Origin: Longimicrobiales bacterium
GTDB lineage: Bacteria; Gemmatimonadota; Gemmatimonadetes; Longimicrobiales; Gaopeijiaceae
Direction of reading: 5' to 3'
Length of the DNA: 60,294 bases
Assembly (NCBI GenBank): GCA_964201975.1
Contig: CAXNGW010000001.1
Coordinates: forward strand, 1-60,294
The first letter of the stretch is position 1, and every line of letters starts with the position of its first letter. The position numbers and the translations under genes were made by a program. This document shows, piece by piece, positions 1 to 8,735 of this stretch. The notes under the pieces are model-generated. The model was not told the DNA's origin. It saw only the letters and a list, made by a program, of their open reading frames with translations, and did not search any database.

Positions 1-59
1 CGTTCCAGCACCTCACGGTCGGCATCCGCAACTCGAAGCGTAGCGAGCGGGCGACCCAT
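1..59 (-). CDS. 5' end of a gene running off the left edge (19 codons visible: MGRPLATLRVADADREVLE)
   Basis: ATG at 59..57 on the minus strand with AGGAGG 4 nt upstream. Too short to assign; the N-terminus is only reminiscent of HTH/transposase-type N-termini. Confidence 0.3.
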   Translation of the reverse strand, partial: MGRPLATLRVADADREVLE

Positions 60-212
60 GCAGCCTCCTGCGGTGGGGGACGCTCCAAGCTACACTTCGG
101 CTCGTAACTATGCCAGCTATTTCTGACTCAATAGACTAGCCTCTCACCGCGGTGGCCGCGTATTGTTCCCGGAGCCCTTCCTCACGGGCCGCCCGCTTCC
201 CCTCCCGAAGAC

Positions 213-1319
213 ATGGACAAGACCCAACTGCTCGCCCGCGTCCCGCTCTTCACCGAGCTGGAGCTGGCCGATCTCCAGCGGGTCGCGTCGGCGACGCGCA
301 GCGAGAGCTACGCGGCCGACGCCGACATCGTCCGCATCGGGGACACGGGTCATTCCCTGTATGTGGTGCTGGAGGGGAACGTCGTGGTCGTCTACCCCGG
401 GCGCAGCGCCGACGTGGAGCTGGCGCGCCTCGGAGCGGGCGAGTTCTTCGGCGAGATGGCGATCCTCAACGAGAAGCCCCGCAGCGCGACGGTGCGGGCG
501 CTGGACAACGTGACCGTGCTGGCGCTGGAGAAGGACGACTTCACCCGCATCGTGATGGAGTCGCCCTAGCTCGCGCTCAAGGTGATGGAAGCGCTGTCGG
601 TGCGCATCCGCAACACCGACGAGCAGCTGAGCGGGCTCTCCGAGCGCGCGCTGCGCGACGGGCTCACCGGGCTCCTCAACCGCCGCTCGTTCCACGACCG
701 CCTCGCCGAAGAATGCGACCGCGGCCGCCGCTACGGCGACGCGTTCGCGCTCATCGTCATGGACCTCGACCACTTCAAGCAGATCAACGACACCTTCGGC
801 CACGACACGGGCGACATCGTGCTGGGCTGGGTCGGCCGCATGCTCGGCGAGCATACGCGCGGCGCCGACGTCCCCTTCCGCATCGGCGGCGAAGAGTTCG
901 CGGTGATCTGCCCGGAGACGGGGGTGGAGGAAGCCGCGGCCGCGGCGCGCCGCCTGGTCGAGCTAATCGGGGAAGCTCGCCCGCCGCTCAGCTTCGCCCT
1001 CTCGATCACGGCGTCGGCGGGATTCGCAGTCTGTCCCACGCACGCCAAGCGCAGCGATCAGATCTTCCAGGCCGCGGATCAGGCGCTGCTCAAGGCGAAG
1101 GCCGATGGTCGGAACCGGGTCCACTCCGCGCCGGTAGCGGCGAGCTGGCCTCGTCCTCCCCGACTTCGGTCGCGCTCCGCAGCATCGCGATCCCGACCGC
1201 AACCAGCGCTATGTCGAGCAGGCCGATCGGTCGCATGCGCGGGAACAGCAGCAGGTAGAGCCCCACCGGCACCAGCGACAGCATCCCCGACAGCGCGACC
1301 GCGACCCCGTTGTCTTTGA
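213..1319 (+). pseudogene. cyclic-nucleotide-binding domain / GGDEF diguanylate cyclase fusion interrupted by an in-frame TAG (567..569)
   Basis: ORF 213..569 has cNMP-binding motifs (PLFTEL, GEFFGEMAIL, RSATVRA). ORF 582..1319 has a GGDEF domain (DGLTGLLNRR, DLDHFKQINDTFGH, RIGGEEF, AKADGRNRV). Both are in the same frame, separated only by TAG plus four sense codons, and IVMESP*LALKVMEALSVRI reads as one continuous helix. The last ~65 codons look non-coding-like and overlap the convergent gene. Confidence 0.8.
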
Positions 1320-1464
1320 GCGCCGACACCCCGGCCGCGATCGCCACCCCCGAGAACAGCACCGGCACCAGGAACGCTCCCGGCGCCACCATGCCGCCGA
1401 TCGATCCGGCGATGGTGTCGCGCGCGAAGCGAATCCAGTAGGCGATCAGCGCCAGGGCGATCAC
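1090..1464 (-). CDS. small integral membrane protein
   Basis: ORF 1090..1587 has hydrophobic helices (VIALALIAYWIRF, GAFLVPVLFSGVAIAAGV, LSGMLSLVPVGLYLLLF, LLDIALVAVGIAML). The ATG at 1587 would overlap the upstream gene by 82 nt. The GTG at 1464 precedes helix 1, so the start is uncertain. Confidence 0.45.
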   Translation of the reverse strand: MIALALIAYWIRFARDTIAGSIGGMVAPGAFLVPVLFSGVAIAAGVSALKDNGVAVALSGMLSLVPVGLYLLLFPRMRPIGLLDIALVAVGIAMLRSATEVGEDEASSPLPARSGPGSDHRPSP

Positions 1465-1505
1465 CCCGCCCGCCGCGCGCAGGGCGGCGCGGCGCCGCTC
1501 GGGGC

Positions 1506-2342
1506 TCAGGCCGCCCCCCGCTCCTGAATGCGCTCGTACTGGGCGAGGAGTTGGAGCGCGCCGCTCGGGTCGCCCGCCGCCTCGCACAAACGCCCCAGGT
1601 TGAAGTGGGACTCGGCGTGATCGGGATCGAGCTTCACGGCGCGTCGGTAGGCGACCATCGCCCCTCTCGCCTCCCCGCGGTCATCGAGCGCGACCCCGAG
1701 GTTGAACGCGGCCAACGCGCTGTCCGGGCGGGCCGCGCACGCCCGCCGGTAGTGCGATTCGGCGCCGCCGACCTCCCCCAGCTCGTGCAGCAGGCGGCCG
1801 AGGTTCAGGTGCGCCTCCGCGTGCCCGGGCGCGAGCGCGATGGCGCGCAGGTACGCCGCGCGCGCCTTCTCCACCGATACCGCCTCGAGGTCGAAGCCCA
1901 GGTCGAACCAGTCGTCCGCGGACAGCTCCGGGTCGCCCGCGCGCGGCCGCTCCGCGTCGGGCGCGAACGGCTCCACGCGGGACGCCAGCTCGGCGACCGA
2001 GAAGTCGAGAGCGAGCTGGCCAGTCTCGGGGTCCCACGCGGACCGCTCGTCCCGCACCAGCACCCGCTCGCCGACCGCGGAGACGCGCACCGCGCTGAGC
2101 GGTCGCCCGCGCGGGAGTTGCTCGCGCAGGCTCCGGAGCGCGGAGCGCACGCGGCGGGCGGGCACGTCGTTCGCGAGCAGCTCGCGCGCGGCGCGCAGCA
2201 GCACGATGTCCTGGAAGGTGAAGCGATAGGTATTCCCAGGCCCGCGCGCGGGCTCGAGCAGCCCGGCCCGCGCGAACGAGCGCATCCTCTCCTCGGTGAG
2301 CCCGAGGATCTCGGCGACGTGCCGCGTGGTGTAGCCGGTCAT
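1506..2342 (-). CDS. MerR-family HTH regulator with C-terminal TPR repeats
   Basis: N-terminal MerR-type HTH (YTTRHVAEILGLTEERMRSFARAGLL). C-terminal TPR-like repeats (AEAHLNLGRLLHELG, ALAAFNLGVALDDRG, AESHFNLGRLCEAAG). ATG 2342 (MTGYTT) chosen; the ORF extends to 2381. Confidence 0.8.
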   Translation of the reverse strand: MTGYTTRHVAEILGLTEERMRSFARAGLLEPARGPGNTYRFTFQDIVLLRAARELLANDVPARRVRSALRSLREQLPRGRPLSAVRVSAVGERVLVRDERSAWDPETGQLALDFSVAELASRVEPFAPDAERPRAGDPELSADDWFDLGFDLEAVSVEKARAAYLRAIALAPGHAEAHLNLGRLLHELGEVGGAESHYRRACAARPDSALAAFNLGVALDDRGEARGAMVAYRRAVKLDPDHAESHFNLGRLCEAAGDPSGALQLLAQYERIQERGAA

Positions 2343-2385
2343 TTCATGAAGATGGCGGCTCGCGACTGCCGATGCGACCAACGCG

Positions 2386-3063
2386 TTACTCGCCCGCCGC
2401 CCTCTTCTTCCTGGGCGGCGACTTGTCGGCTGTCTTCCTGGCGGGCGCCTTCTTGTCCGCGCCCTTCTTCTTGGCGCGGCTGGCGGGCTTCCGCTCGTCG
2501 CCGCCCGCGATCGACGCCTTGAGCGCCGCCATCAGGTCGATGATCTGGGTCTTCGGCTCCTCCGCCGGCGCCACCGTGATCTCCTACCCCTCGACCTTTC
2601 TCTGGATCAGCTCGAGCATCTTCTCGGCCGGCTTCACGTCGGCGGCGGCGATCGGCACCTCGGCGAACGAGCGCACCTCGTCGGCGTAGCGGAGCTGGTC
2701 CACGACCAGCCCCTCCTCGTGCGGCCGGGTCATGACCAGGTACTGCTTGCTGCGGGTGGCGTACTTGGCGATCGCCACCCGCCCGGACTCCTTGGTCTTG
2801 GGCGCCTCGATCGCCTTCAGCTCGTCCTCCTGGAAGAGCACGTACTGGCCCTTGGAGAACTCGTAGCCCTTGGCCATGTCGTCACGCGCGACCGTGACGT
2901 CGCACTGCGGGAAGCTGTAGTGCTGCTTCAGCCGCGTTCCGCACTCGGCGTGGACGAGGTTGAACGACACCCGGGAGCCAGGCTCGCCGGTCGAGTACAG
3001 CCTCACTGGCAAAGAGACGAGCCCGAAGGAGATCGTGGTCGAGGCGATCGCGCGTGCGGCCAT
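2386..3063 (-). pseudogene. ku: Ku (NHEJ DNA-end-binding protein) with an in-frame TAG and internal gaps
   Basis: ORF 2584..3063 (MAARAIASTTISFGLVSLPVRLYS, KGYEFSKGQYV) and ORF 2386..2574 (APAEEPKTQIIDLMAALKASI plus a Lys-rich tail) are typical Ku N- and C-termini. They share one frame and are separated by TAG 2584..2586. Relative to canonical ~270-aa Ku, about 45 aa appear missing after KTKE (near 2787) and about 25-30 aa after VKPAEKM (near 2619). Confidence 0.8.
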
Positions 3064-3148
3064 GGGCGGTCCTGGATGAAGCGTTCCCCTCCGGTGGGAC
3101 GACGGTGCCCGACCGGAAGAGGAACATATGTTCCTGGCGGTCTTCGGA

Positions 3149-3706
3149 TCACCCTCTACGAAATCTGTCTCCCGGCTTGGTGTTGCCCGAGATCTGCACG
3201 TCCCATCCGTCGGGATCCTTGACGTGGAAGCTGGCCCACGGACGCCGTCCCTCGGTGCCGGTGTCGAGCCGCGGCGCGAGGCCGCGCCGCTTCAGCTCGT
3301 CCTCGACCCGGTCGGTGTCCCAGTCGTCGATCTGGAACGACATGTGGTTCACGAGCCCCGTGATCTGCCCGGGGGCCGCCGGCGGCGCGCCCGCGGGCCG
3401 ATTGCGCGGCAGCATGTGCGTCCCCTCGGCGCCGAAGTAGAGGCGGCACTGGCCCTCGCCGTCGTCCCCTTCGACGCTCATCCCGAGCAGGTCGGCGTAC
3501 CAGTCGCGGGTGCGCGCGTAGTCGGTGACCTGGTACGAGATATGGTCGATGCCGATTGCCTTGAAGGCCGGCGCGGCGGCGGCGGCCGCGGCCTGCTTCG
3601 GCAGCGCCAGCGCGGCGGCCGCCACCGCCAGGGAGTGGATGAGCGTGCGCCGGTCGATCGCACCGTTCTCGAAGTCAGCGACCAGCCGGGCGATGGTGGC
3701 TTCCAT
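3149..3706 (-). CDS. VOC (glyoxalase/dioxygenase) family protein with Tat-type signal
   Basis: ATG 3706 with GGAGA upstream. Twin-arginine signal (DRRTLIHSLAVAAAALALP). VOC-like core (IDHISYQVTDYARTRDWYADLLGM, VNHMSFQIDDWD, FHVKDPDGWDVQI). Confidence 0.8.
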   Translation of the reverse strand: MEATIARLVADFENGAIDRRTLIHSLAVAAAALALPKQAAAAAAAPAFKAIGIDHISYQVTDYARTRDWYADLLGMSVEGDDGEGQCRLYFGAEGTHMLPRNRPAGAPPAAPGQITGLVNHMSFQIDDWDTDRVEDELKRRGLAPRLDTGTEGRRPWASFHVKDPDGWDVQISGNTKPGDRFRRG

Positions 3707-3833
3707 GGAGGTCTCCTGAAACGGGGAGTCGGCGGGCGCGGGGGAGCGGTCAGGATCATGCACCGCGGGCCGGCGGGGCGCCACTCGCGGGACCCGGCGC
3801 GGCGCGCCGGGCCACCATCTTACCTTCCCCGCC

Positions 3834-6105
3834 ATGCCCCCCCAGGACCGCCTCGAGCGGTATCGCGACAAGCGCTCCCCCGCGCCGCACCCCCGAGCCG
3901 TTCGGTGCCGCCGCACCCACCACCGGCCAGCTCTTCGTGCTGCACAAGCACCACGCCCGCAACCTGCACTAGGACCTGAGGCTGGAGTGGGAAGGGGCGC
4001 TGGAGTCGTGGGCGGTGCCCAAAGGGCCATCGCCCAATCCCGCGGACAAGCGGCTCGCCATGCACGTGGAACCGCATCCGCTCGACTACGCCGAGTTCGA
4101 GGGTGTGATTCCGAAGGGGGAGTACGGCGCCGGACCCGCGATCGTGTGGGACAAAGGAACGTGGGTGCCCGTCGAGGACGTCGCCGCCGGCTTCGCGAAG
4201 GGGAAGCTCCTGTTCGAGCTGTGGGGCTACAAAGTGAAGGGACTGTGGACGCTCGTGCACGCGCCGAAGGCGGGCGCGAACCACTGGCTCCTGATCAAGG
4301 AGAAGGATGAGCATGTGGATCGGGGCGGGACCGCCGTCTATCCTGACGACTCGATCTACTCCGGACTGGACGTGGACGACCTGCCGCGCGCGGCAGAGAT
4401 CCAGGCCGAGATGGAGGAGTGCGCGCTGGCCGCAGGGGCGCGCCGATGGGGAATCGCTCCTGATCAGCCGCAACGGGAACGACCTCACCCCAACCTTCCC
4501 CGAAGTCGCGCGCGCGATCCGCGGTCTGCCGTACGAGGGCCTCGTGCTCGACGGCGAGGTGGTCGTCCACGACGAGCATGGCCTTCCCTCCTTCGGCCAC
4601 CTGCAGCGGCGGGGCCGCTTGCAAAACGGGCGCGACATCGCGCGCGCCGCTGCCGAGCGTGGGCCCCCTGCGCTTCTCCGACCACGTCGCCGAGCAGGGC
4701 GAGGCGCTCATGACGAAGGTGGTGGAGCTGGGGCTCGAGGGAATCGTCGCCAAGCGCGCGGACTCCAAGTACGCCGGCGGGCGCTCGCGCTCCTGGTACA
4801 AGATCCCGGCGATCCGCACCGACGACTTCGTGGTGGTGGGATTCACCGACCCCGCGACGGGCCGCCCGGGCTTCGGCGCGCTGCACCTCGCCCGCTACGT
4901 GGGCGACACGCTCACCTGGATGGGGAGCGTCGGCACCGGCTTTGCCGAGGCGCAACTCAACGACCTGCGCGCGCGGCTGGAGGACGCGAGTGCGCGCACC
5001 GGGGTCGCGGGCGCGCCGCGCACCAAGGGCAACCACTGGGTGCGGCCCGAGCTGGTCGCCGAAGTGACGTTCAAGGAGATCACCGCCGACGGCATGGTCC
5101 GCCACGGCTCGTTCAGCCGGCTCCGCGACGACAAGCGGCCGCAGGAGTGCCGCGCGGAAGCGGAGGAGCTGGGAGAGGATGCGGCGGTTCCCGTGTCCGA
5201 GTCCGATCGCACAATCAAGTTCACCAACCTGAAAAAAAATATTCTGGCCGGACGCAGGCTTCACCAAGGGCGACCTGATCGAGTACTACCGCGCGATCGC
5301 GCCCTGGCTGCTCCCCTACCTGATCGACCGCCCGCTCGTACTCACCCGCTACCCCGGCGGCATCACCGAGAAGTCGTTCTATCAGAAGGATGCGCCGTCC
5401 TGGGCGCCCGACTGGATCCGCACGGTCACGGTGTGGAGCGACAGCTCCGAGCGGGAGCTCAACTATTTCGTCGCCGAGGAGGTGGACACGCTCCTCTATC
5501 TCGCCAACCTCGGCACCATCCCGCTCCACATCTGGCACAGCCGGGTCGCGTCGATCGCGACCCGCGACTGGTGCCTTCTCGATCTGGATCCCAAGGATGC
5601 GCCGTTCGCCGACGTCGTCGAGATCGCGCTCTTCCTGCACTCACTGTGCGACGAGGTCGGGCTGCCCCACTACGTGAAAACGTCCGGCTCGTCAGGGCTT
5701 CACGTGATGATCCCGCTCGGACGCCAGATGAGCTACGACCAGTCGGTCACGCTCGGCGAGTTGATCGCGCGCCTGGTGGTGAAGGCGCTGCCGAAGATCG
5801 CGACCATCGAGCGCACGGTGCAAAAGCGCGGAGGGAAGGTCTACGTGGACTACCTGCAGAACCGGCAGGGACAGCTGGTGGCGGCGCCGTTCAGCGCGCG
5901 CGAAAATCCGGGCGCGACGGTGTCGGCGTCGCTCAAGTGGAAGGAGGTCGGCCCGAAGCTGTCGCTCGCGGACTACACGATCGGGTCGGTCCCCAAAGGC
6001 ATGAAGAAGCTCAAGGGCGGGGACCCGTTCGCGCCGGTTTTGAGCGAGAGTCCTGACCTGGTGGCGGCGCTGGGGAGGCTGATGGAGCGGGCCGGGAAGG
6101 GGTAG
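3834..6105 (+). pseudogene. ligD: LigD (phosphoesterase-ligase-polymerase NHEJ enzyme), multiply disrupted
   Basis: PE domain in frame 1 (LFVLHKHHARNLH*DLRLEW, WAVPKGPS, HVEPHPLDYAEFEGVIPKGEYGAG). Ligase pieces in frame 2 (LLISRNGNDLTPTFPEV, LVLDGEVVV) and frame 0 (PLRFSDHV, GLEGIVAKRADSKY, RLRDDKRPQEC). Polymerase domain in frame 1 (FWPDAGFTKGDLIEYY, RPLVLTRYPGGI, LDLDP, VKTSGSSGLHV, YVDYLQN). Lesions: a shift at ~3876..3886, TAG 3970..3972, frame jumps with missing sequence at ~4436..4446 and ~4643..4650, and a +1 shift in the A8 run 5232..5239. Confidence 0.85.
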
Positions 6106-6120
6106 CCGGGTCGCCGAGGC

Positions 6121-6783
6121 CTACCCCGCGCCGAACGGCCTGCGCACCTCGGTCACCCGGATCGTGACTTCCTTCCCGGTGGCACCGCACGTCGATGCGT
6201 CCCCCAGCATTCCCTTCACGATCGCGCGATCGCCCTGCTTGAGCCCGCGCATGTCGCCCGCCAGGTAGTAGAACTCGCCCCCCTCCGCCTGCATCACGGC
6301 GCACCGGCCCGCGCCCTCCATGAGGATCCCCTCGCGCGACAACGCACCGTCGCGCTCGGTGACCTGGAATGCGGACGAGACCGCGAGCGGCCGGAAGTAG
6401 AAGTCGAGCACCACCAGCGCGTGCGGACGGTTCGACTCCGCCCACTGCGGAACGACGATCGTGTCGGTGAATTCCCCGGTCGTGCTGGTGAGGATCTCCT
6501 TGAGCACCTCGAACCCCACCCGTTGCGCGCCCACGCCCAGGCGCACCGGGGTGATCGCGGGGAGGTATTGCCAGCGCACCACCACCCTGGTCCCCGGAGG
6601 CCCGCTCAAGGGGGTGAACGTCGCGATACGGTACGCGAACGAATCCCGCACGGCGCGCGTGTTGACGCGCTCCCGGGCGTCCTGGGCCGCGAGCGTGACC
6701 GGGAGCAGAAGGGCGGGCAGGAGGGCGGCGAGCGAGCCGAAACGCCGCGCGCGGGGGAACAATGGGATCGCCATGGTCATCAC
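6121..6783 (-). CDS. secreted hypothetical protein
   Basis: Signal peptide (RRFGSLAALLPALLLPVTLAAQD). ATGA overlap with the upstream amidohydrolase stop. High GC3. No family recognised. Confidence 0.7.
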   Translation of the reverse strand: MMTMAIPLFPRARRFGSLAALLPALLLPVTLAAQDARERVNTRAVRDSFAYRIATFTPLSGPPGTRVVVRWQYLPAITPVRLGVGAQRVGFEVLKEILTSTTGEFTDTIVVPQWAESNRPHALVVLDFYFRPLAVSSAFQVTERDGALSREGILMEGAGRCAVMQAEGGEFYYLAGDMRGLKQGDRAIVKGMLGDASTCGATGKEVTIRVTEVRRPFGAG

Positions 6784-8003
6784 GGGTTGATGGATCCGAA
6801 CGGGCGGCCGTCGCGGAGCGCGGCGTAGGGGACCAGCCGCTGGGTCCCTGCGCGCCGCTTGCCTCCCGAATCGGTGAACTCGTACCGGCCTTCGGTGACC
6901 TCGAAGAGGGCGACGTCGGCCGCAGCGCCTTCCGTCAGCGTTCCCAGCTCCAGCCCCAGCGGGTAGATGCGCGCCGGCGCCGACGTGGCGCGCTCGATTA
7001 CCTGCGGGAGGGTCATCCCCATCTCCATGAACTTCGAGAGGGTCGTCGGCAGATCGAAAACGGGGCCGAGAGAGTTGCCCCGGTGGACGTCGCTGGAGAT
7101 GGTCGTGGGGAGGATGCCCTGGGCCAGCGCGCGCTCGGCCACATCGAAATCAAGGTTACCACGACCGTGCCCGATGTCCAAGTTCACCCCACGGGCGACC
7201 GCCTCCATCACCTCGGGATAGGGCTTCCCGGCGCCGTCGAGGATGCTGCCGTCGCGGCGGAACGCGTGCGTGATGACGTCGCCCGGCCGCAATTGCTCGA
7301 CGATGCGCGTGAGCGGCGACGTCTGCCCGCCGATGTGGACCACGATCGGCACCCCCGCCTGGTCGGCGGCGGCGCGCGCGCGCCGCATCACCTCGACGTC
7401 CTGACCGGCGGGGATGCCCGCCAGCATGCGCACCTTGACCCCCACGATGACGTCGCGGTTGGCCGCGATCGCGCGCGCACACGCGTCCGGGTCGAGGAAG
7501 GCCAGGTCCGCGGTCTCGTTTCCGATCGTCATGCCCGGCCCCGAGATGTTGATGAGCGCGTACACCCGCGTGCGCGCGCGGCTCGCCACGTACTGGCGGA
7601 AGCCGGGGAAAGTGGTGGCGCCGGCAGACCCCGCATCGATCACCCCGGTCACGCCGCGCGCGAGCCCGATCTGGTCGGCGTCGATGCCGACGTTGGCGAC
7701 GCCTTCGTAGCAGTGCACGTGGCTGTCGATCAAGCCCGGGGTGACGATCTTGCCCGCCGCGTTCAGCGACTGGCGCGCCTGGTCGGGCGGGATGCGCTCC
7801 GCCACCCGGCCGATGCGGGTGCCGAGGATGCCGACGTCGCGGATCCCGTCGATCCCGTTGGCCGGATCGATCACCCGCCCGCCCGTGATCACCAGGTCGA
7901 AGCGCGGGGTCTGGCCGGCGAGCAACGACGCGCCAGGCAGGGCCGCGGCGGCCAGCAGACTCGCGGCGCCGGCCAGGAACTCGCGGCGGTTGCGCTCGCT
8001 CAT
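6780..8003 (-). CDS. Tat-exported amidohydrolase-superfamily metallohydrolase (dihydroorotase/deacetylase-like)
   Basis: ATG 8003 gives MSERNRREFLAGAAS (twin-arginine). Metal-binding HxH (LIDSHVHCY). Blocks VGVKVRM, VVHIGG, ISSDVH and AADVALFE are typical of this fold. Confidence 0.85.
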   Translation of the reverse strand: MSERNRREFLAGAASLLAAAALPGASLLAGQTPRFDLVITGGRVIDPANGIDGIRDVGILGTRIGRVAERIPPDQARQSLNAAGKIVTPGLIDSHVHCYEGVANVGIDADQIGLARGVTGVIDAGSAGATTFPGFRQYVASRARTRVYALINISGPGMTIGNETADLAFLDPDACARAIAANRDVIVGVKVRMLAGIPAGQDVEVMRRARAAADQAGVPIVVHIGGQTSPLTRIVEQLRPGDVITHAFRRDGSILDGAGKPYPEVMEAVARGVNLDIGHGRGNLDFDVAERALAQGILPTTISSDVHRGNSLGPVFDLPTTLSKFMEMGMTLPQVIERATSAPARIYPLGLELGTLTEGAAADVALFEVTEGRYEFTDSGGKRRAGTQRLVPYAALRDGRPFGSINP

Positions 8004-8536
8004 GCGGGACTCATGGTGTGGAGGGAGGGAGAGGTGGCGATGCGTGCGGCCGCGCCCCAGTGGCGCCGGCCGAACCACCGCACGGCTAGATACGCAGCGC
8101 GCCGCCGCCATTTCGCGACGCCCTGCTCGCGCATGATGCGCGCGAACAGCTCGTCGGCGTGCACGCGCGTCCACGGCTGGTCGCGGGCAGCCCATGTCCC
8201 CGCGTCGGCCTCCCACTCGAGGGTGACAACACGCCCGCCTGCGCGGTACAGCCAGTCGTGGAAGATCGAGGCGAGCCCGAGGTCGAGCGGCGAGATCCAC
8301 GCCCACACCGGTCGCGGCACGCTGGCGAAGTCGTGCGCGAAACCGGCCGGCACCGTCAAACGATACAGGTGGGCGGGACGTTCTCCGCCCAGCGGGTGCC
8401 ACCAGCTGTAGGTGGCCTCCTCGAGCAGCTGGAAATGGTGGAAGAAGTCCGCCTCCAGGCGCTGGGCCGGGGAGGACGCCTCCCCTTCGACGTCGGGGCT
8501 CAGGGGCGGGGTGGGCGGGACGCGGTCCGGTGACAT
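8000..8536 (-). CDS. DUF1353-like protein
   Basis: Motif FAHDFASVPRPVWAWISP...ASIFHDWLY resembles the DUF1353 signature. ATGA overlap with the downstream amidohydrolase. ATG 8536 chosen; the ORF extends to 8677. Confidence 0.6.
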   Translation of the reverse strand: MSPDRVPPTPPLSPDVEGEASSPAQRLEADFFHHFQLLEEATYSWWHPLGGERPAHLYRLTVPAGFAHDFASVPRPVWAWISPLDLGLASIFHDWLYRAGGRVVTLEWEADAGTWAARDQPWTRVHADELFARIMREQGVAKWRRRAAYLAVRWFGRRHWGAAARIATSPSLHTMSPA

Positions 8537-8735
8537 GTTTGGCTTGCCCGCACAATTCACCCCGATCGGGCCGCCCGCCAGCCCCCCCGCCGCTCGGCGA
8601 CCCGCGTCGATCCGATACAGGCACTTCGCTACGAATAATGTCCCCTTTGGGGTTGAGCTGCTAACTCCCTGCCACACAATAAATTAGAAGTGGGGGAAGC
8701 CAGGCTTTCCGCTCCGTGACCCGGTCAAGCAGGCC

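Noticed and set aside
6429-6435. GGTTCGA T-loop-like strings (also at 8966..8972) as possible tRNA genes
   Set aside because: Both lie inside well-supported coding regions. The surrounding bases do not form a 5-bp T stem with a 7-nt loop or an acceptor stem.
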